A stretch of DNA of 64,000 nt from assembly GCF_041907885.1 (NCBI RefSeq), contig NZ_JAYRGM010000009.1:6176-70175 (forward strand), read 5' to 3'. The stretch comes from Desulfovibrio sp. Lineage in GTDB: Bacteria; Desulfobacterota; Desulfovibrionia; Desulfovibrionales; Desulfovibrionaceae. Below the pieces are notes generated by a model that worked only from the letters and a program-made list of their open reading frames with translations, was not told the DNA's origin and did no database searches. The position numbers were made by a program, and so were the translations under genes. Of the stretch, positions 47,742 to 57,900 are shown in pieces; the stretch's first letter is position 1; every line of letters begins with the position of its first letter.

Positions 47742-50105
47742 TTAGCTCTCCAGAATCAGATATTCGCTCAGAATGATCTTGAGGCCGAAACCGGGAAAGT
47801 TCACCTGCACCTTGTCTGGCGGCAGATGGCGTATGATCTTGCCGCGCCCGAATATACGGTGACGGCAATAGCACAGTTCGCCTTCGTTTGCGGTGGCCTG
47901 CGGCTTTGCGGCCTGATTTGTAGGCCTGTCTGTGGGCCTGCCTGCGGGGTGGTCTGCGGGCCTGTCTGTGGGCCTGTCTGCGGGCCGGTCTGTGGCAAGG
48001 CCAGCCGCGCGGGCGGTCCTTGCGGGTGCGTCGTCCGGCGGCAGCTGGCAGTCGTCGTAGGCTGTCGGCACAGGCGGGCGCAACGGGCGTGGCAGCAAGC
48101 CGCCGGAAAATCCCGGTGCGGGCGTTGTGTTGCCAGCCCCGGCCATGGCCGTTTTGCGGCCAAAGCCAATACCGCCGGCGCTGCGGCGCGAAAGCGTGCC
48201 GCCAAAACCTTCCACCCATTCCTCAACCATACCCGGCGCAAGCTCGCGCACAAAGGGGCTTTGGCTCACGTGCTGCGTGCCGCGCTCTGCCCTGTTGTAG
48301 AGCGAGGCCGGGGCGTAGAGGTCGAGGCACTGGCGGGCCCGCGTGCAGGCCACGTACATGAGGCGGCGTTCCTCTTCAAAATCTTCTGGCCGCGACAGTG
48401 CATGCCGCGAAGGAAAGCGGTCTTCCACCAGATCAATGACCAGAACCGCGTTCCATTCCAGCCCCTTGGCCGAATGCACGGTGGAGAGGGTGATCTTGCC
48501 CTCGTTGCTGTCGGCCTCGTCTTCTTCCGGCGCTTCAAGTGCCAGATCGGCCACAAAAAGATCCAGCTCGGTGTAGCCAGAGGCCATCTGGATGATTTCT
48601 TCCAGTCCCTGCTGGCGGCGGGGCCAGTCTTCGGGGTAAAGGGCCTCAAGGCGCGGGCGGTAGTGCTCAAGCACGGCAGCAAGGGTTGCCGAGGGCGGCA
48701 CGGGCCGGGTGCGCAGATCATCCACAAAGCGCATGTCTTCCAGAAAACCCGGATACTTGGCAAAGGCTTTTTCTGTGGATTTGGGGTCGCCGCTGCGGGC
48801 CACGGCATAGAGTTTTTCCACAGTCTTGGGGCCAATGCCGCTGTGCTGGGCTGCCACACGGCCAAAGGCGGGCAGATCCAGAGGATTGAGCAGCAGGCGC
48901 GCGTAGGCGATCACATCCTTGACGTGGGCTGCCTCTGTATAGCGCAGCCCGCCGTACTTGCGAAAGGCAATGCCCGCCTGGTTGAGCGCCATTTCAAGGT
49001 TGTACGAATGGAAGCCCGCGCGGAACAGCACCGCGATTTCGTGCGGCAGATGGCTTGTCAGCAGTTCTTCCACCCTGCGCACCACCAGCTTGGCCTGGCT
49101 CATGTCGCTGAGGGGCGTAACCAGCCGCACCGGGTCGCCGCCCTGCTTGCGTGTAAACAGGTTTTTGCGAAACGATTCCGCAGCGTTGGCCAGCAGATTG
49201 TTGGCCACGTCAAGCACGGGTTTGGTGGAGCGGTAGTTTTCTTCAAGCCGCACCACCCGCGCACCGGGAAACAGCGTGGGAAAATCGAGAATATTGCGAA
49301 CATTGGCCCCGCGAAAGGCGTAGATGGACTGGGCTTCGTCGCCCACGGCCATGACATTGCCGGGGGGGCCCTGTTCCGGCCCTGCCAGCAGGCGTACAAT
49401 GCGCGCCTGCACCAGGTTTGTGTCCTGATATTCGTCCACAAGAATGTGGCTGAAGCGTTGCCGCAGCGAGGAGGCCGCCAGTTCGTTGTGGCGCAGCAGG
49501 TTCTCAAGTTCAAAGAGCAGGTCGTCGTAGTCCAGCAGGCCTTTTTCCTGCCGGTAGGCAGTATAGGCCTCGCCCAGACGGGCAAGCCCGTCGGCATGGG
49601 GCAGCAGATGAAAGGCCTCGCGCCGCAGCACTTCGTCCAGAGGCAGTTCCTTGTTGCGGGCCTTGCTCAGCAGGCCCACAATGCTCTGCGTTTTGGGAAA
49701 AGACCTGTCGCCCTTGCCCAGTTTGAGCTGATCCTTGCAGTGCTTGACCGCCTCGTTGATGTCGGCGGAATCCATGACCGTAAAGGGCCTGTCGCCAAGC
49801 CACGCGGGTTTCCAGCGGCGCAGAGCCCCAAAGCCAAAGGCGTGGAATGTGCCGCCCTGCACGCCCGCCAGCCCCTGATTGAGCAGCAGCCCCGCGCGGT
49901 GCAGCATTTCCTGCGCTGCCTTGCGGGTAAAGGTGAGCAAAAGCATGGAATCTGGTTCCACGCCGTGTTCTGCCAGCCATGCCAGGCGGTAGACAATGGT
50001 GCGGGTTTTGCCGCTGCCTGCGCCAGCTACCACCAGCACCGGGCCGTCACCGCAGGTGGCTGCCTCGTATTGGGCTTCGTTGAGGGCTTGAGCGTAATCA
50101 ATCAT
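47742..50105 (-). CDS. uvrD: UvrD/PcrA/Rep-family SF1 DNA helicase
   Basis: AGAGSGKTRT Walker A, VDEYQDTN, and a C-terminal small domain after a repeat-containing linker. Confidence 0.9.
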   Translation of the reverse strand: MIDYAQALNEAQYEAATCGDGPVLVVAGAGSGKTRTIVYRLAWLAEHGVEPDSMLLLTFTRKAAQEMLHRAGLLLNQGLAGVQGGTFHAFGFGALRRWKPAWLGDRPFTVMDSADINEAVKHCKDQLKLGKGDRSFPKTQSIVGLLSKARNKELPLDEVLRREAFHLLPHADGLARLGEAYTAYRQEKGLLDYDDLLFELENLLRHNELAASSLRQRFSHILVDEYQDTNLVQARIVRLLAGPEQGPPGNVMAVGDEAQSIYAFRGANVRNILDFPTLFPGARVVRLEENYRSTKPVLDVANNLLANAAESFRKNLFTRKQGGDPVRLVTPLSDMSQAKLVVRRVEELLTSHLPHEIAVLFRAGFHSYNLEMALNQAGIAFRKYGGLRYTEAAHVKDVIAYARLLLNPLDLPAFGRVAAQHSGIGPKTVEKLYAVARSGDPKSTEKAFAKYPGFLEDMRFVDDLRTRPVPPSATLAAVLEHYRPRLEALYPEDWPRRQQGLEEIIQMASGYTELDLFVADLALEAPEEDEADSNEGKITLSTVHSAKGLEWNAVLVIDLVEDRFPSRHALSRPEDFEEERRLMYVACTRARQCLDLYAPASLYNRAERGTQHVSQSPFVRELAPGMVEEWVEGFGGTLSRRSAGGIGFGRKTAMAGAGNTTPAPGFSGGLLPRPLRPPVPTAYDDCQLPPDDAPARTARAAGLATDRPADRPTDRPADHPAGRPTDRPTNQAAKPQATANEGELCYCRHRIFGRGKIIRHLPPDKVQVNFPGFGLKIILSEYLILES
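47923..47994 (-). repeat. 6 x 12-bp in-frame tandem repeat inside uvrD
   Basis: GGCCTGTCTGTG-like units encode TDRPADRPTDRPADHPAGRPTDRP. Confidence 0.85.
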
Positions 50106-50234
50106 GGGTACACGGTAGCATAAGGCGGCAGCGCATACCAGAGCCGCGCGGGGGCATTCCCCGGCCTTGACTTTGTGCCCGCTGGTTAGGAATATCAGCC
50201 CAGCCCAGACCCGTGCAGATCACAAAGGACACGC

Positions 50235-51506
50235 ATGCATATTACAGAAAATGATTATATTTTGGGGGCTGGCTCACGGCTGCCGCGCCGCCGCAGGCTG
50301 TTTCTGGCCCTGTTGCTGGGCCTGATGGCAGCCTTTGGCCCCCTGTGTACCGATACCTATCTGCCAAGCCTGCCTGCACTGGCAGCGGATCTTTCCATTT
50401 CAACCGCAACCACACAGCTGACCATCACTGCCTGCCTGCTGGGCATGGCTTTGGGGCAGCTTTTTGTGGGGCCGCTTTCCGACTCTACCGGGCGGCGCAA
50501 GCCCCTGTTTGTGGCCCTGGTATTTTTTACACTGGCCTCACTTTGCTGTGCTGCGGCCAAAACGGGCAACAGCTTTATTGCCCTGCGTTTTGCCCAGGGG
50601 CTTGGCGGGGCGGGTGGCATTGTGCTGGCCCGCGCCATGGCCTGCGATCTGTTTCGCGGGGCAGAGCTGACCAATTTCATGAGCCTGCTCATGGTCGTCA
50701 ACGGCATAGCGCCCATCACCGGGCCCATGCTGGGCGGCTGGCTGGCTTCGCTGGCCGGGTGGCCCGCCATATTCTATTTTTTGACGGGTTTTGGCGTGCT
50801 GCTGATTGTGCTCAGTGTTTTTGGCCTGCCAGAAACACTGCCCCAGGGCATGCGCCGTGACGGCGGCCTGCGCTCCTCGTGGACTGCCATGGGGACGCTG
50901 CTGCGGCAAAAGCCCTTTATGTGTTACGTGGGAGTGCAGGGCTTTACCATGGGCGGTTTTTTTGGCTACGTGGCCGCCTCGCCCTTTGTGTTGCAGGGCA
51001 TGTACGGCCTTTCGCCCAAGCACTACAGCCTCATTTTTGGCTGCAATGCCCTGAGCCTCATGTTTTTTGCCTTTGGCACGGCACGCAATGCCCGCCGCCT
51101 TGGCGAGGCCCGCCTGCTGCGCATCGGCAATACCCTGCGTGCCGTAGCCTGTCTGGGGGTACTGGCCGTAACAGTGGTCACGCCTGCCTCGCCCCTGCCC
51201 CTGCTTGTGGCCCTGTTTTTCATGATTGCCCTACAGGGCATGACCCTGCCCACCAGCTTTACCCTGGGCATCAGTGCGCAGAATGTGGGTGCGGGCACGG
51301 CATCGGGCATACTGGGGGTGTCGGTGTTTATCTTTGGCGCGCTTACCTCGCCACTGGTGGGGCTGGCAGGGGGCGGCACGGCCCTGCCCCTGGGCATTGT
51401 AAGCGCGGTAACTGGCGTTGCCTCGGCCCTGCTTGGCTATGCGGGTGAGCGCGAACTGAAAAAGCTCAGGCAGGCCAGCCCCGACGAGCCGGGGGCGCAG
51501 CCCTAG
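50235..51506 (+). CDS. MFS transporter, Bcr/CflA drug-resistance subfamily
   Basis: 12-TM layout; GPLSDSTGRRKP motif after TM2. Confidence 0.85.
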   Translation: MHITENDYILGAGSRLPRRRRLFLALLLGLMAAFGPLCTDTYLPSLPALAADLSISTATTQLTITACLLGMALGQLFVGPLSDSTGRRKPLFVALVFFTLASLCCAAAKTGNSFIALRFAQGLGGAGGIVLARAMACDLFRGAELTNFMSLLMVVNGIAPITGPMLGGWLASLAGWPAIFYFLTGFGVLLIVLSVFGLPETLPQGMRRDGGLRSSWTAMGTLLRQKPFMCYVGVQGFTMGGFFGYVAASPFVLQGMYGLSPKHYSLIFGCNALSLMFFAFGTARNARRLGEARLLRIGNTLRAVACLGVLAVTVVTPASPLPLLVALFFMIALQGMTLPTSFTLGISAQNVGAGTASGILGVSVFIFGALTSPLVGLAGGGTALPLGIVSAVTGVASALLGYAGERELKKLRQASPDEPGAQP

Positions 51507-51611
51507 GGTGCGGTTGCCCTAAACGGGCCAGCCGCATTGACGCGCTGTGCGCTGACGTTTACAACAGGTGGCGCTTGCGCTTTTTTTCGCTGCGCAGGGA
51601 GAAGCCGAATC

Positions 51612-52379
51612 ATGGATTGGAATGCCGGGCTTTATGACCAGCAGCACGACTTTGTGGCCGCCTATGGCGAAAATCTGCTTGGGCTGCTGCCGGACGGGCT
51701 GGGTTTTGCCGTTGACCTTGGCTGTGGCACGGGTGCGCTCACAGGCCCGCTGACGGCCAGGGCCGCGCGCGTGGTGGGTATTGATGCCTCGCCCCACATG
51801 ATCGCTCAGGCCCGGCTGCGTTTGCCGCAGGTGGAATTTATGGTAATGGATGCCTGCGATATGCCGTGGAGCGGCAGCGTGGACGCCATTTTTTCCAATG
51901 CCGCCCTGCACTGGATTGAAGATCAGGAGCGCCTGACCGCAACCATGGCCAGGGTGCTGCGCCCCGGCGGCCTGCTGGTGTGCGAATTTGGCGCGCGCGG
52001 CAACATAGGGCGGCTGCGTGCGGCCTTTGCGGCGGCCTTTCAGGCTGCGCTGGCCGGGGAGGGCCTTGGCCCGGCCTATCTGAACAGCGAGCGCTTTTAT
52101 TTCCCGTCGGCAGCCGAGTACGCGGCCCTGCTCGCCCGGCACGGCTTTTCGGTGCGGCAGGCAGAAGAATACGACAGGCCGACCCCGCTCAAGGGCGGGA
52201 ACGAAGGCCTTGCAAGCTGGATGGGCCAGTTTTTTGCCCAGGATCTGGACTGCGTACCCCCTGCCGCGCAGGAAAAAATTTTTGCCGCCGTTGCCGATGC
52301 CTTGCGCGCATCGTTGTGGGACGGCGGCCAGTGGATAGCTGATTATCGGCGGCTGCGGGTAGTGGCCGTAAAACATTAA
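51612..52379 (+). CDS. class I SAM-dependent methyltransferase (Tam-like)
   Basis: MDWNAGLYDQQHDFV..., DLGCGTG SAM motif. Confidence 0.8.
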   Translation: MDWNAGLYDQQHDFVAAYGENLLGLLPDGLGFAVDLGCGTGALTGPLTARAARVVGIDASPHMIAQARLRLPQVEFMVMDACDMPWSGSVDAIFSNAALHWIEDQERLTATMARVLRPGGLLVCEFGARGNIGRLRAAFAAAFQAALAGEGLGPAYLNSERFYFPSAAEYAALLARHGFSVRQAEEYDRPTPLKGGNEGLASWMGQFFAQDLDCVPPAAQEKIFAAVADALRASLWDGGQWIADYRRLRVVAVKH

Positions 52380-52389
52380 GGGAGTCTCC

Positions 52390-52926
52390 ATGCCCGAAGC
52401 ACAAGAGCAATTTCAGACCGGCGTTGCCAAGGTTCTGGAAGCGGTAATGTTCGAAAACTGGCTGCGTTTTTACTTTATCACCGAAAAGCCCGACGCCCCC
52501 AAGGGCAAGGACGGACAGCCCGCGCTGTTCATTGCCATTCCGGTCAAGGGGATGGAACGCATCAGCCAGCTGTTCCCCCGCCTGCTGCCCATGGCAGAAG
52601 AACTGAACGGGCAGGAAGTGAGCTTTGAATCCTCGCGCAGCGCCGTGTGCAATTTTGTGCTGGCCCATGTGGACGGCCAGGTTATCGTGCGGGATTCGGC
52701 GGCCATGATTTTTGAAAGCGCAACGTTCCAGGTGCAGATGCAGCTTTTCAACACATGGGTGCAGATGCACGAAGAGCAGCTTGACCGCAGTTTTGTGGAT
52801 TTTGGCGGCTGGCAGCGCCTGTTTGACGAATGGCGCAATACGCCCGCCGCGCGCGAACTGGCCGAAAAGCTCTCCATCTCTGTGCAGGGCGCAGTTGCCG
52901 CGCCGGAAGAAGGTTCGGTTCAGTAA
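52390..52926 (+). CDS. hypothetical protein (178 aa)
   Basis: AAGGGAG SD, 10 nt after the methyltransferase stop, coding-like GC3; no motif recognised. Confidence 0.6.
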   Translation: MPEAQEQFQTGVAKVLEAVMFENWLRFYFITEKPDAPKGKDGQPALFIAIPVKGMERISQLFPRLLPMAEELNGQEVSFESSRSAVCNFVLAHVDGQVIVRDSAAMIFESATFQVQMQLFNTWVQMHEEQLDRSFVDFGGWQRLFDEWRNTPAARELAEKLSISVQGAVAAPEEGSVQ

Positions 52927-53138
52927 CTGCGCGAGAAAAATTTTTTGTACAGATTTGTGCTCCCAAGGCAGGGTGCAGGCAGGGTCAGTTAAACTTTTTT
53001 AACGGGCAGCCTTGGGGTTGTTTATATTTTGTCAATAAAAGCAGCATGTTAAATGAATAGCGCTGCGCTGCTTTTTTGGCACGCCCATTGCAGCATGGAA
53101 AGTACCTTCCTTTCTTTTGCTGACAGCCTCCTCCAACC

Positions 53139-53173
53139 AAAACGGCCTGCCTCCCCAAGCGGGCCGTTTTTTT
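53139..53173 (+). terminator. terminator-like hairpin immediately upstream of the speB SD (possible attenuator)
   Basis: AACGGCC-14 nt-GGCCGTT followed by TTTTT. The T-run ends 23 nt before ATG 53197. Confidence 0.6.
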
Positions 53174-53196
53174 ATGTCAAATCACGGCAGGACTAC

Positions 53197-54084
53197 ATGC
53201 AAGACAAGTTTCTGGCTTCAGAATATCCGCAGAGCGAACCCGCTCAGGCTGGCTTTCATATTATTCCCGTTCCGCTGGAGCAGAGTGTTTCTTACGGCGG
53301 CGGCACTGCCAACGGGCCGCAGGCCCTGCTGGCCGCATCGCACCAGCTCGAAGCCTGGGAAAGCGGTTTTGTACCCGGCGAGGCGGGATTTTATACCACG
53401 CAGGCCATTGACTGCACTGGCCCCATAACCGAAACCCTCGACCATATCGAGGCCGCCGTGGCCCATGCCATTGCCTGCGAGGCCGTGCCCGTGGTGCTGG
53501 GCGGTGAACATACGGTTACGCTGGGCGCGTTGCGGGCGCTGGCCAGGCAGGCGGAAAAAACCGGCGAACCCTTTGGCGTTGTGCAGTTTGACGCCCACGC
53601 CGATCTGCGGCCCCAGTACGAGGGCAGCCCTTTTTCGCACGCCAGTGTCATGTACAGGGCTGTGGCCGATCTCGGCCTGCCGCTCACCCAGTTTGCCGTG
53701 CGCGATTTTTGCCGGGAAGAAGCCGAGATCCGCAAGCAGTTTTGCGTAACGCACTACGACGGATATTTTCTCGCCCGCGTGGGCATGCCGGAACAGCCCC
53801 TGCCCGAAAATTTTCCCAAGAACATTTACATCACCTTTGACGTGGACGGGCTGGATTCTTCCATCATGCCCGCCACCGGCACGCCCTCGCCCGGCGGTTT
53901 AAACTGGCGCGAGGCGCAGTATATTCTTGAACGCTGCGTGGCAGGCAGGCGCGTGGTGGGCCTGGATGTGGTGGAGCTGGCCCCCATCGAGGGCCTGCAC
54001 CACGCCGATTTTACGGCAGCCAAGCTTACCCACCTCATCATGGGCCTGGCCCACGATGCCAACCTCAAGGAGCAGCAGGCATGA
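53197..54084 (+). CDS. speB: agmatinase / ureohydrolase family
   Basis: GGEHTVT, FDAHADLR and TFDVDGLD Mn-binding motifs. Start placed at MQDKFL (53197). Confidence 0.78.
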   Translation: MQDKFLASEYPQSEPAQAGFHIIPVPLEQSVSYGGGTANGPQALLAASHQLEAWESGFVPGEAGFYTTQAIDCTGPITETLDHIEAAVAHAIACEAVPVVLGGEHTVTLGALRALARQAEKTGEPFGVVQFDAHADLRPQYEGSPFSHASVMYRAVADLGLPLTQFAVRDFCREEAEIRKQFCVTHYDGYFLARVGMPEQPLPENFPKNIYITFDVDGLDSSIMPATGTPSPGGLNWREAQYILERCVAGRRVVGLDVVELAPIEGLHHADFTAAKLTHLIMGLAHDANLKEQQA

Positions 54085-54914
54085 AAAACACCGTTGTAAC
54101 CTTTCGCGAGGCCAAGGGGCACGAAAAGCTGGTCATGCTGACCGCTTACGACTACAGCACCGCCCGGGTCATGGACATGGCCGGTGTGGATGCCCTGCTG
54201 GTGGGCGATTCGCTGGGCATGGTGATGCTGGGCTATCCTGACACGCTTTCTGTCACTGTGGACGACATGGTGCGGCACTGCGCCGCCGTGGCGCGCGGTA
54301 CGCAAAAGGCCCTTGTGGTCTGCGACATGCCGTACATGAGCTATCATGTTTCGGTGGAAGACACGGTGCGCAACGCGGCCCGGCTGATGATCGAAGGCCG
54401 CGCCCAGGCGGTCAAGCTTGAGGGCGGCGCGGAATTCGCCGCCGAGGTGCGGGCGCTGACACGGGCGGCCATTCCCGTGATGGGACACCTGGGGCTTACG
54501 CCGCAATCGGTCAATGCCTTTGGCGGTTTCAAGGTGCAGGGCAAAACCATGGCCGCTGCCCAAAAACTGCTGGACGACGCCCGTGCCCTTCAGGATGCCG
54601 GGGCCTTTGCCCTGGTGCTTGAATGCGTGCCCGCGCCCCTGGCCGAGCGCGTGACCCAGGCTCTTGCCATACCGGTTATCGGCATTGGCGCGGGCGCTGG
54701 CTGCGATGGTCAGGTGCTGGTGTGGCAGGACATGACGGGCATGACCCTGAACCAGCTGCCGCGTTTCGTCAAACGTTTCGGCGAGGTGGGCGCAAGCCTG
54801 CGCTCTGCGGTGGAAGCCTACACCCGCGAAGTGCGGGCCGGGGCCTTTCCCACCGAGGACCAATGCTACCCCCTGCCCGAAGGCATGGAAAAGACCCTCA
54901 AAAAGCTCAAGTAG
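54081..54914 (+). CDS. panB: 3-methyl-2-oxobutanoate hydroxymethyltransferase
   Basis: LVMLTAYDYSTARVMD, LVGDSLGMV, KLEGG. ATGA overlap with speB. Confidence 0.93.
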   Translation: MKNTVVTFREAKGHEKLVMLTAYDYSTARVMDMAGVDALLVGDSLGMVMLGYPDTLSVTVDDMVRHCAAVARGTQKALVVCDMPYMSYHVSVEDTVRNAARLMIEGRAQAVKLEGGAEFAAEVRALTRAAIPVMGHLGLTPQSVNAFGGFKVQGKTMAAAQKLLDDARALQDAGAFALVLECVPAPLAERVTQALAIPVIGIGAGAGCDGQVLVWQDMTGMTLNQLPRFVKRFGEVGASLRSAVEAYTREVRAGAFPTEDQCYPLPEGMEKTLKKLK

Positions 54915-54932
54915 CCTACGTTACAGATTTTG

Positions 54933-54971
54933 AAATGCAGAACGCCCGCGATCGCGGGCGTTCTGCATTTT
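54933..54971. terminator. bidirectional intrinsic terminator
   Basis: AAATGCAGAACGCCCGCG-at-CGCGGGCGTTCTGCATTT. Confidence 0.85.
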
Positions 54972-54990
54972 GGCCGGGGCCTGGCTGGCA

Positions 54991-57900
54991 TCAGCGCGGG
55001 CGAAAATCCACAGGAACCCGCACGGGCGCGCCTGCCTTGTTGCTGAACAGCAAAAAGCCGTGCTCAAGGCCGTGCAGATAAAGGCGGCGGGTGATGTCCA
55101 CATCCTTGCGGCAGTAATTTGTTATGTCGTCCAGGCGGCCCTGTTGCCACCATTCAAGAGCTTGCAGGCCATCAGCACTCTTGGGTTCGCCCAGGGTTGC
55201 CTGCCCCAGGTTGCCCAGCGCAAGCCGGTAGTTCAGACGTTCGGCCACACGCTGCAACAGATCAAGGCTGGGCAATGTGTGCAGGTCAAAGGGCGCAAAG
55301 GCCGACAGCACGGCATAGTCAAAGCGCAGGCTGTTGAAGCCCACCACAAGGTCTGCGCCGCGCAGTTTTTCAAACAGGGCGGGCAGCTCCTCCTGCTGGT
55401 AGGCAAAGTAGCCGTCGGCCTTGCTGTCGTAGGCCACGGCCACGCTTACGCCCATGCGGTCGGCCCTGTGCCAGCCGCCCACCTCGGCAGCAGAGCGCCG
55501 CGTTTCTACGTCAAAGACCACAAAATTCCTGGGCGGCGGTACGGCCACGTGGGTCAGCAGGCCTGCACCGTCAAACGTATGGGCCCCATGTGCAGCGGTG
55601 GCGCTGATGCCGGAACCGGGGGCCGAGGCGGCAGGGCCGAAAAGGCTTGTCTGGTTGTCTGGCGCGGGCTGTTTTTTGCTCATGGATTGTTCCTCCACTG
55701 CGTTGCGCGGGCTGGCGGTGTCTGTCTGCTCATCCATGTTGATAAATTCCAGGGCCGACACGGCGGGCCGTGGTGCTGCCGCCAGTGACGCGGCTGCGTC
55801 CAGAGTTTCCATTTCCAGCCGGTCGGGGGCGGGGCTGATGCGCAGCTCCCGGTACAGGGTGTCGCCCTCTGTGCCTGGGGCCAGCATTTGGCGCAGCAGT
55901 TCGAGCGCGCCGATCTTGCTGATGGGCCTGTTGCCAGAGCCGCACTTGGGCGAATGCACGCACGAGGGGCAGCCGTCCTCGCAGGGGCATGCAGCCACCG
56001 CCTTGAGGGTTGCCTCAAGCAGGCCCCGCGCATCGGGAAAGGCCTGACGCGTCAGGCCCGCGCCGCCCGGCAGGCCATCGTAGACAAAGACGCCAGAAAG
56101 CCCGGTCTGCGCGTGCAGCGGGGTGGAGATGCCGCCAAAATCGTTGCGGTCGGCCATGATCAGCAGGGGCAGCAGGCCAATGGCCGCGTGTTCCAGCGCG
56201 TGGATGGAGCCCATGTAGTGCAGAAATTTTTCTTCCAGCGAGGCGCGTATGCTGTCTGGTATGACAAACCACAGGCCCTCGGTTTCAAAGACCTGGGGCG
56301 GGGCATCCAGCGGCGTGATGGTGAGCAGGCGGTTGCCCGATGTGGAGCGCTTTTCGTAGCCGGTCACAATGTCGGTGATCCGCAGGCGGCCCCGGCACAC
56401 CAGTACGCGGCCCAAGGACGCGCGCTCGACTTCTTCAAGAATATCCGTACTTTTTTGGCCGCGAGTGCGGGTAAACCACGATACCTTGGCCGCCCTGGCC
56501 ACAATGCGGGCGCGGGCGGGGTCCATTTCGTCAATCACATAGCTGCGGCCCCTGTGCAGGTAGACCGCGCCGGGGTGCGTCTCTTGCCAGGTGCGGAATC
56601 CGTCCACCGAGCCGACGATCTGGCCGTCCTGATCCTCGATGGTAAAGGTCTGGCCCGTGCCGCGCAGATCCACATGCCGTTGCGGGCGTTTGCGGGCGGC
56701 CAGCAGTTGCGTGCCATCGGCAGATTGCAGCAGCAGCCCCCTGGCATGCAGGGCGCGCGCAGCCGCACGGGCAGCAGGGCTTGCCAGCATGGCGTCGCCG
56801 GGGGTGAGGGGCATCTCTGCCGCCGCGCATTCCAGGTGGCGGGTAAGGATAACCTCGTTGTCGGGGTTGACCACGGCCTTTTCTGGCGGCCGGTTGAAAA
56901 AGTCTTCGGGATTACGGGCAAAATACTGGTCAAGCGCGTCCTCGCCCGCCACCACGATAACGGCAGATTCCTGCTGGGCGCGGCCCACGCGGCCACCGCG
57001 TTGCAGGGTGGCCATGACCGTGCCGGGGTAGCCCACAAGAATGCACACGTCCAGACCGCCAATGTCTATGCCCAGCTCCAGCGCGCTGGTGCTGACCACG
57101 GCCAGCAGCTCGCCCGATGCCATGCGGGCCTCGATGCTGCGGCGTTCTTCGGGCAAAAAGCCCGCGCGGTAGGCCGAAATATGCGCGGCAAAAGCCCCCG
57201 ATTGCCCGGCCCACAGGCTGATGAGCTCGGTCATGCGCCGCGAGCGGCAATACACTATGGTGCGCAGATTGCGGGCAAGAGCGGCCTTGAGCAGATCAAT
57301 GGCCGCAGTGGCCGCGCTTTGCTCCGGGTTGAGAAAGACAAAATGCCGTGGGCCCTGCGGAGCGCCAGACTGGTCGATGACTACGGGGGCATCCTGCGGG
57401 GGTGCGGCTGCGGGGTGTTCATTGTCGCTGGGCGCAGGGGCTTGCGTGCCGGTCAGCGCCGCCGCCAGCTCGCCGGGGTTGCCCACGGTGGCCGTACACA
57501 GCACATAGACGGGCCGTGCGCCGTAACGCCCGGCAATGCGGTTGAGCCGCCGGAACACCTGGGCCATGTGCGCCCCAAACACGCCCCTGTAGGTGTGGGC
57601 CTCGTCCACCACCACATGGCTGAGGCCTGCCAGAAACTCCGCCCACTGCTCGTGGTGCGGCAAAATGCCAAGGTGCAGCATTTCGGGGTTGCTGATGAGC
57701 ACCGTGGGCGGGTTGCGCCGTATCTTGCGGCGAAAATGGTCGGTGGTGTCGCCGTCGTACAGGGCTGCTGTGGGGCGGACATCCCTGGGCCAGCCTTCCA
57801 CCAGCGCGTTGAACGCGGCCAGCTGGTCCTGCGCCAGAGCCTTGAGCGGAAAAAGATACAGGGCGCGGGCGTCGCGGTCGCGCAGATAGCGGTCGAGCAC

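Noticed and set aside
47574-50123. Very long + strand ORF (849 aa). Similar long ORFs occur at 55888-58368, 30210-32096, 32871-34883, 23840-25771, 13297-14910, 17299-19092 and 72-902.
   Set aside because: They lie antisense or out of frame to genes with unmistakable homology (uvrD, the helicase, hypF, the acyl-CoA ligase, purD/purE, fba/surE, the HDAC gene, recD2). Their composition is the Ala/Gly/Arg/His-rich pattern typical of shadow ORFs in GC-rich DNA. No motifs were recognised.
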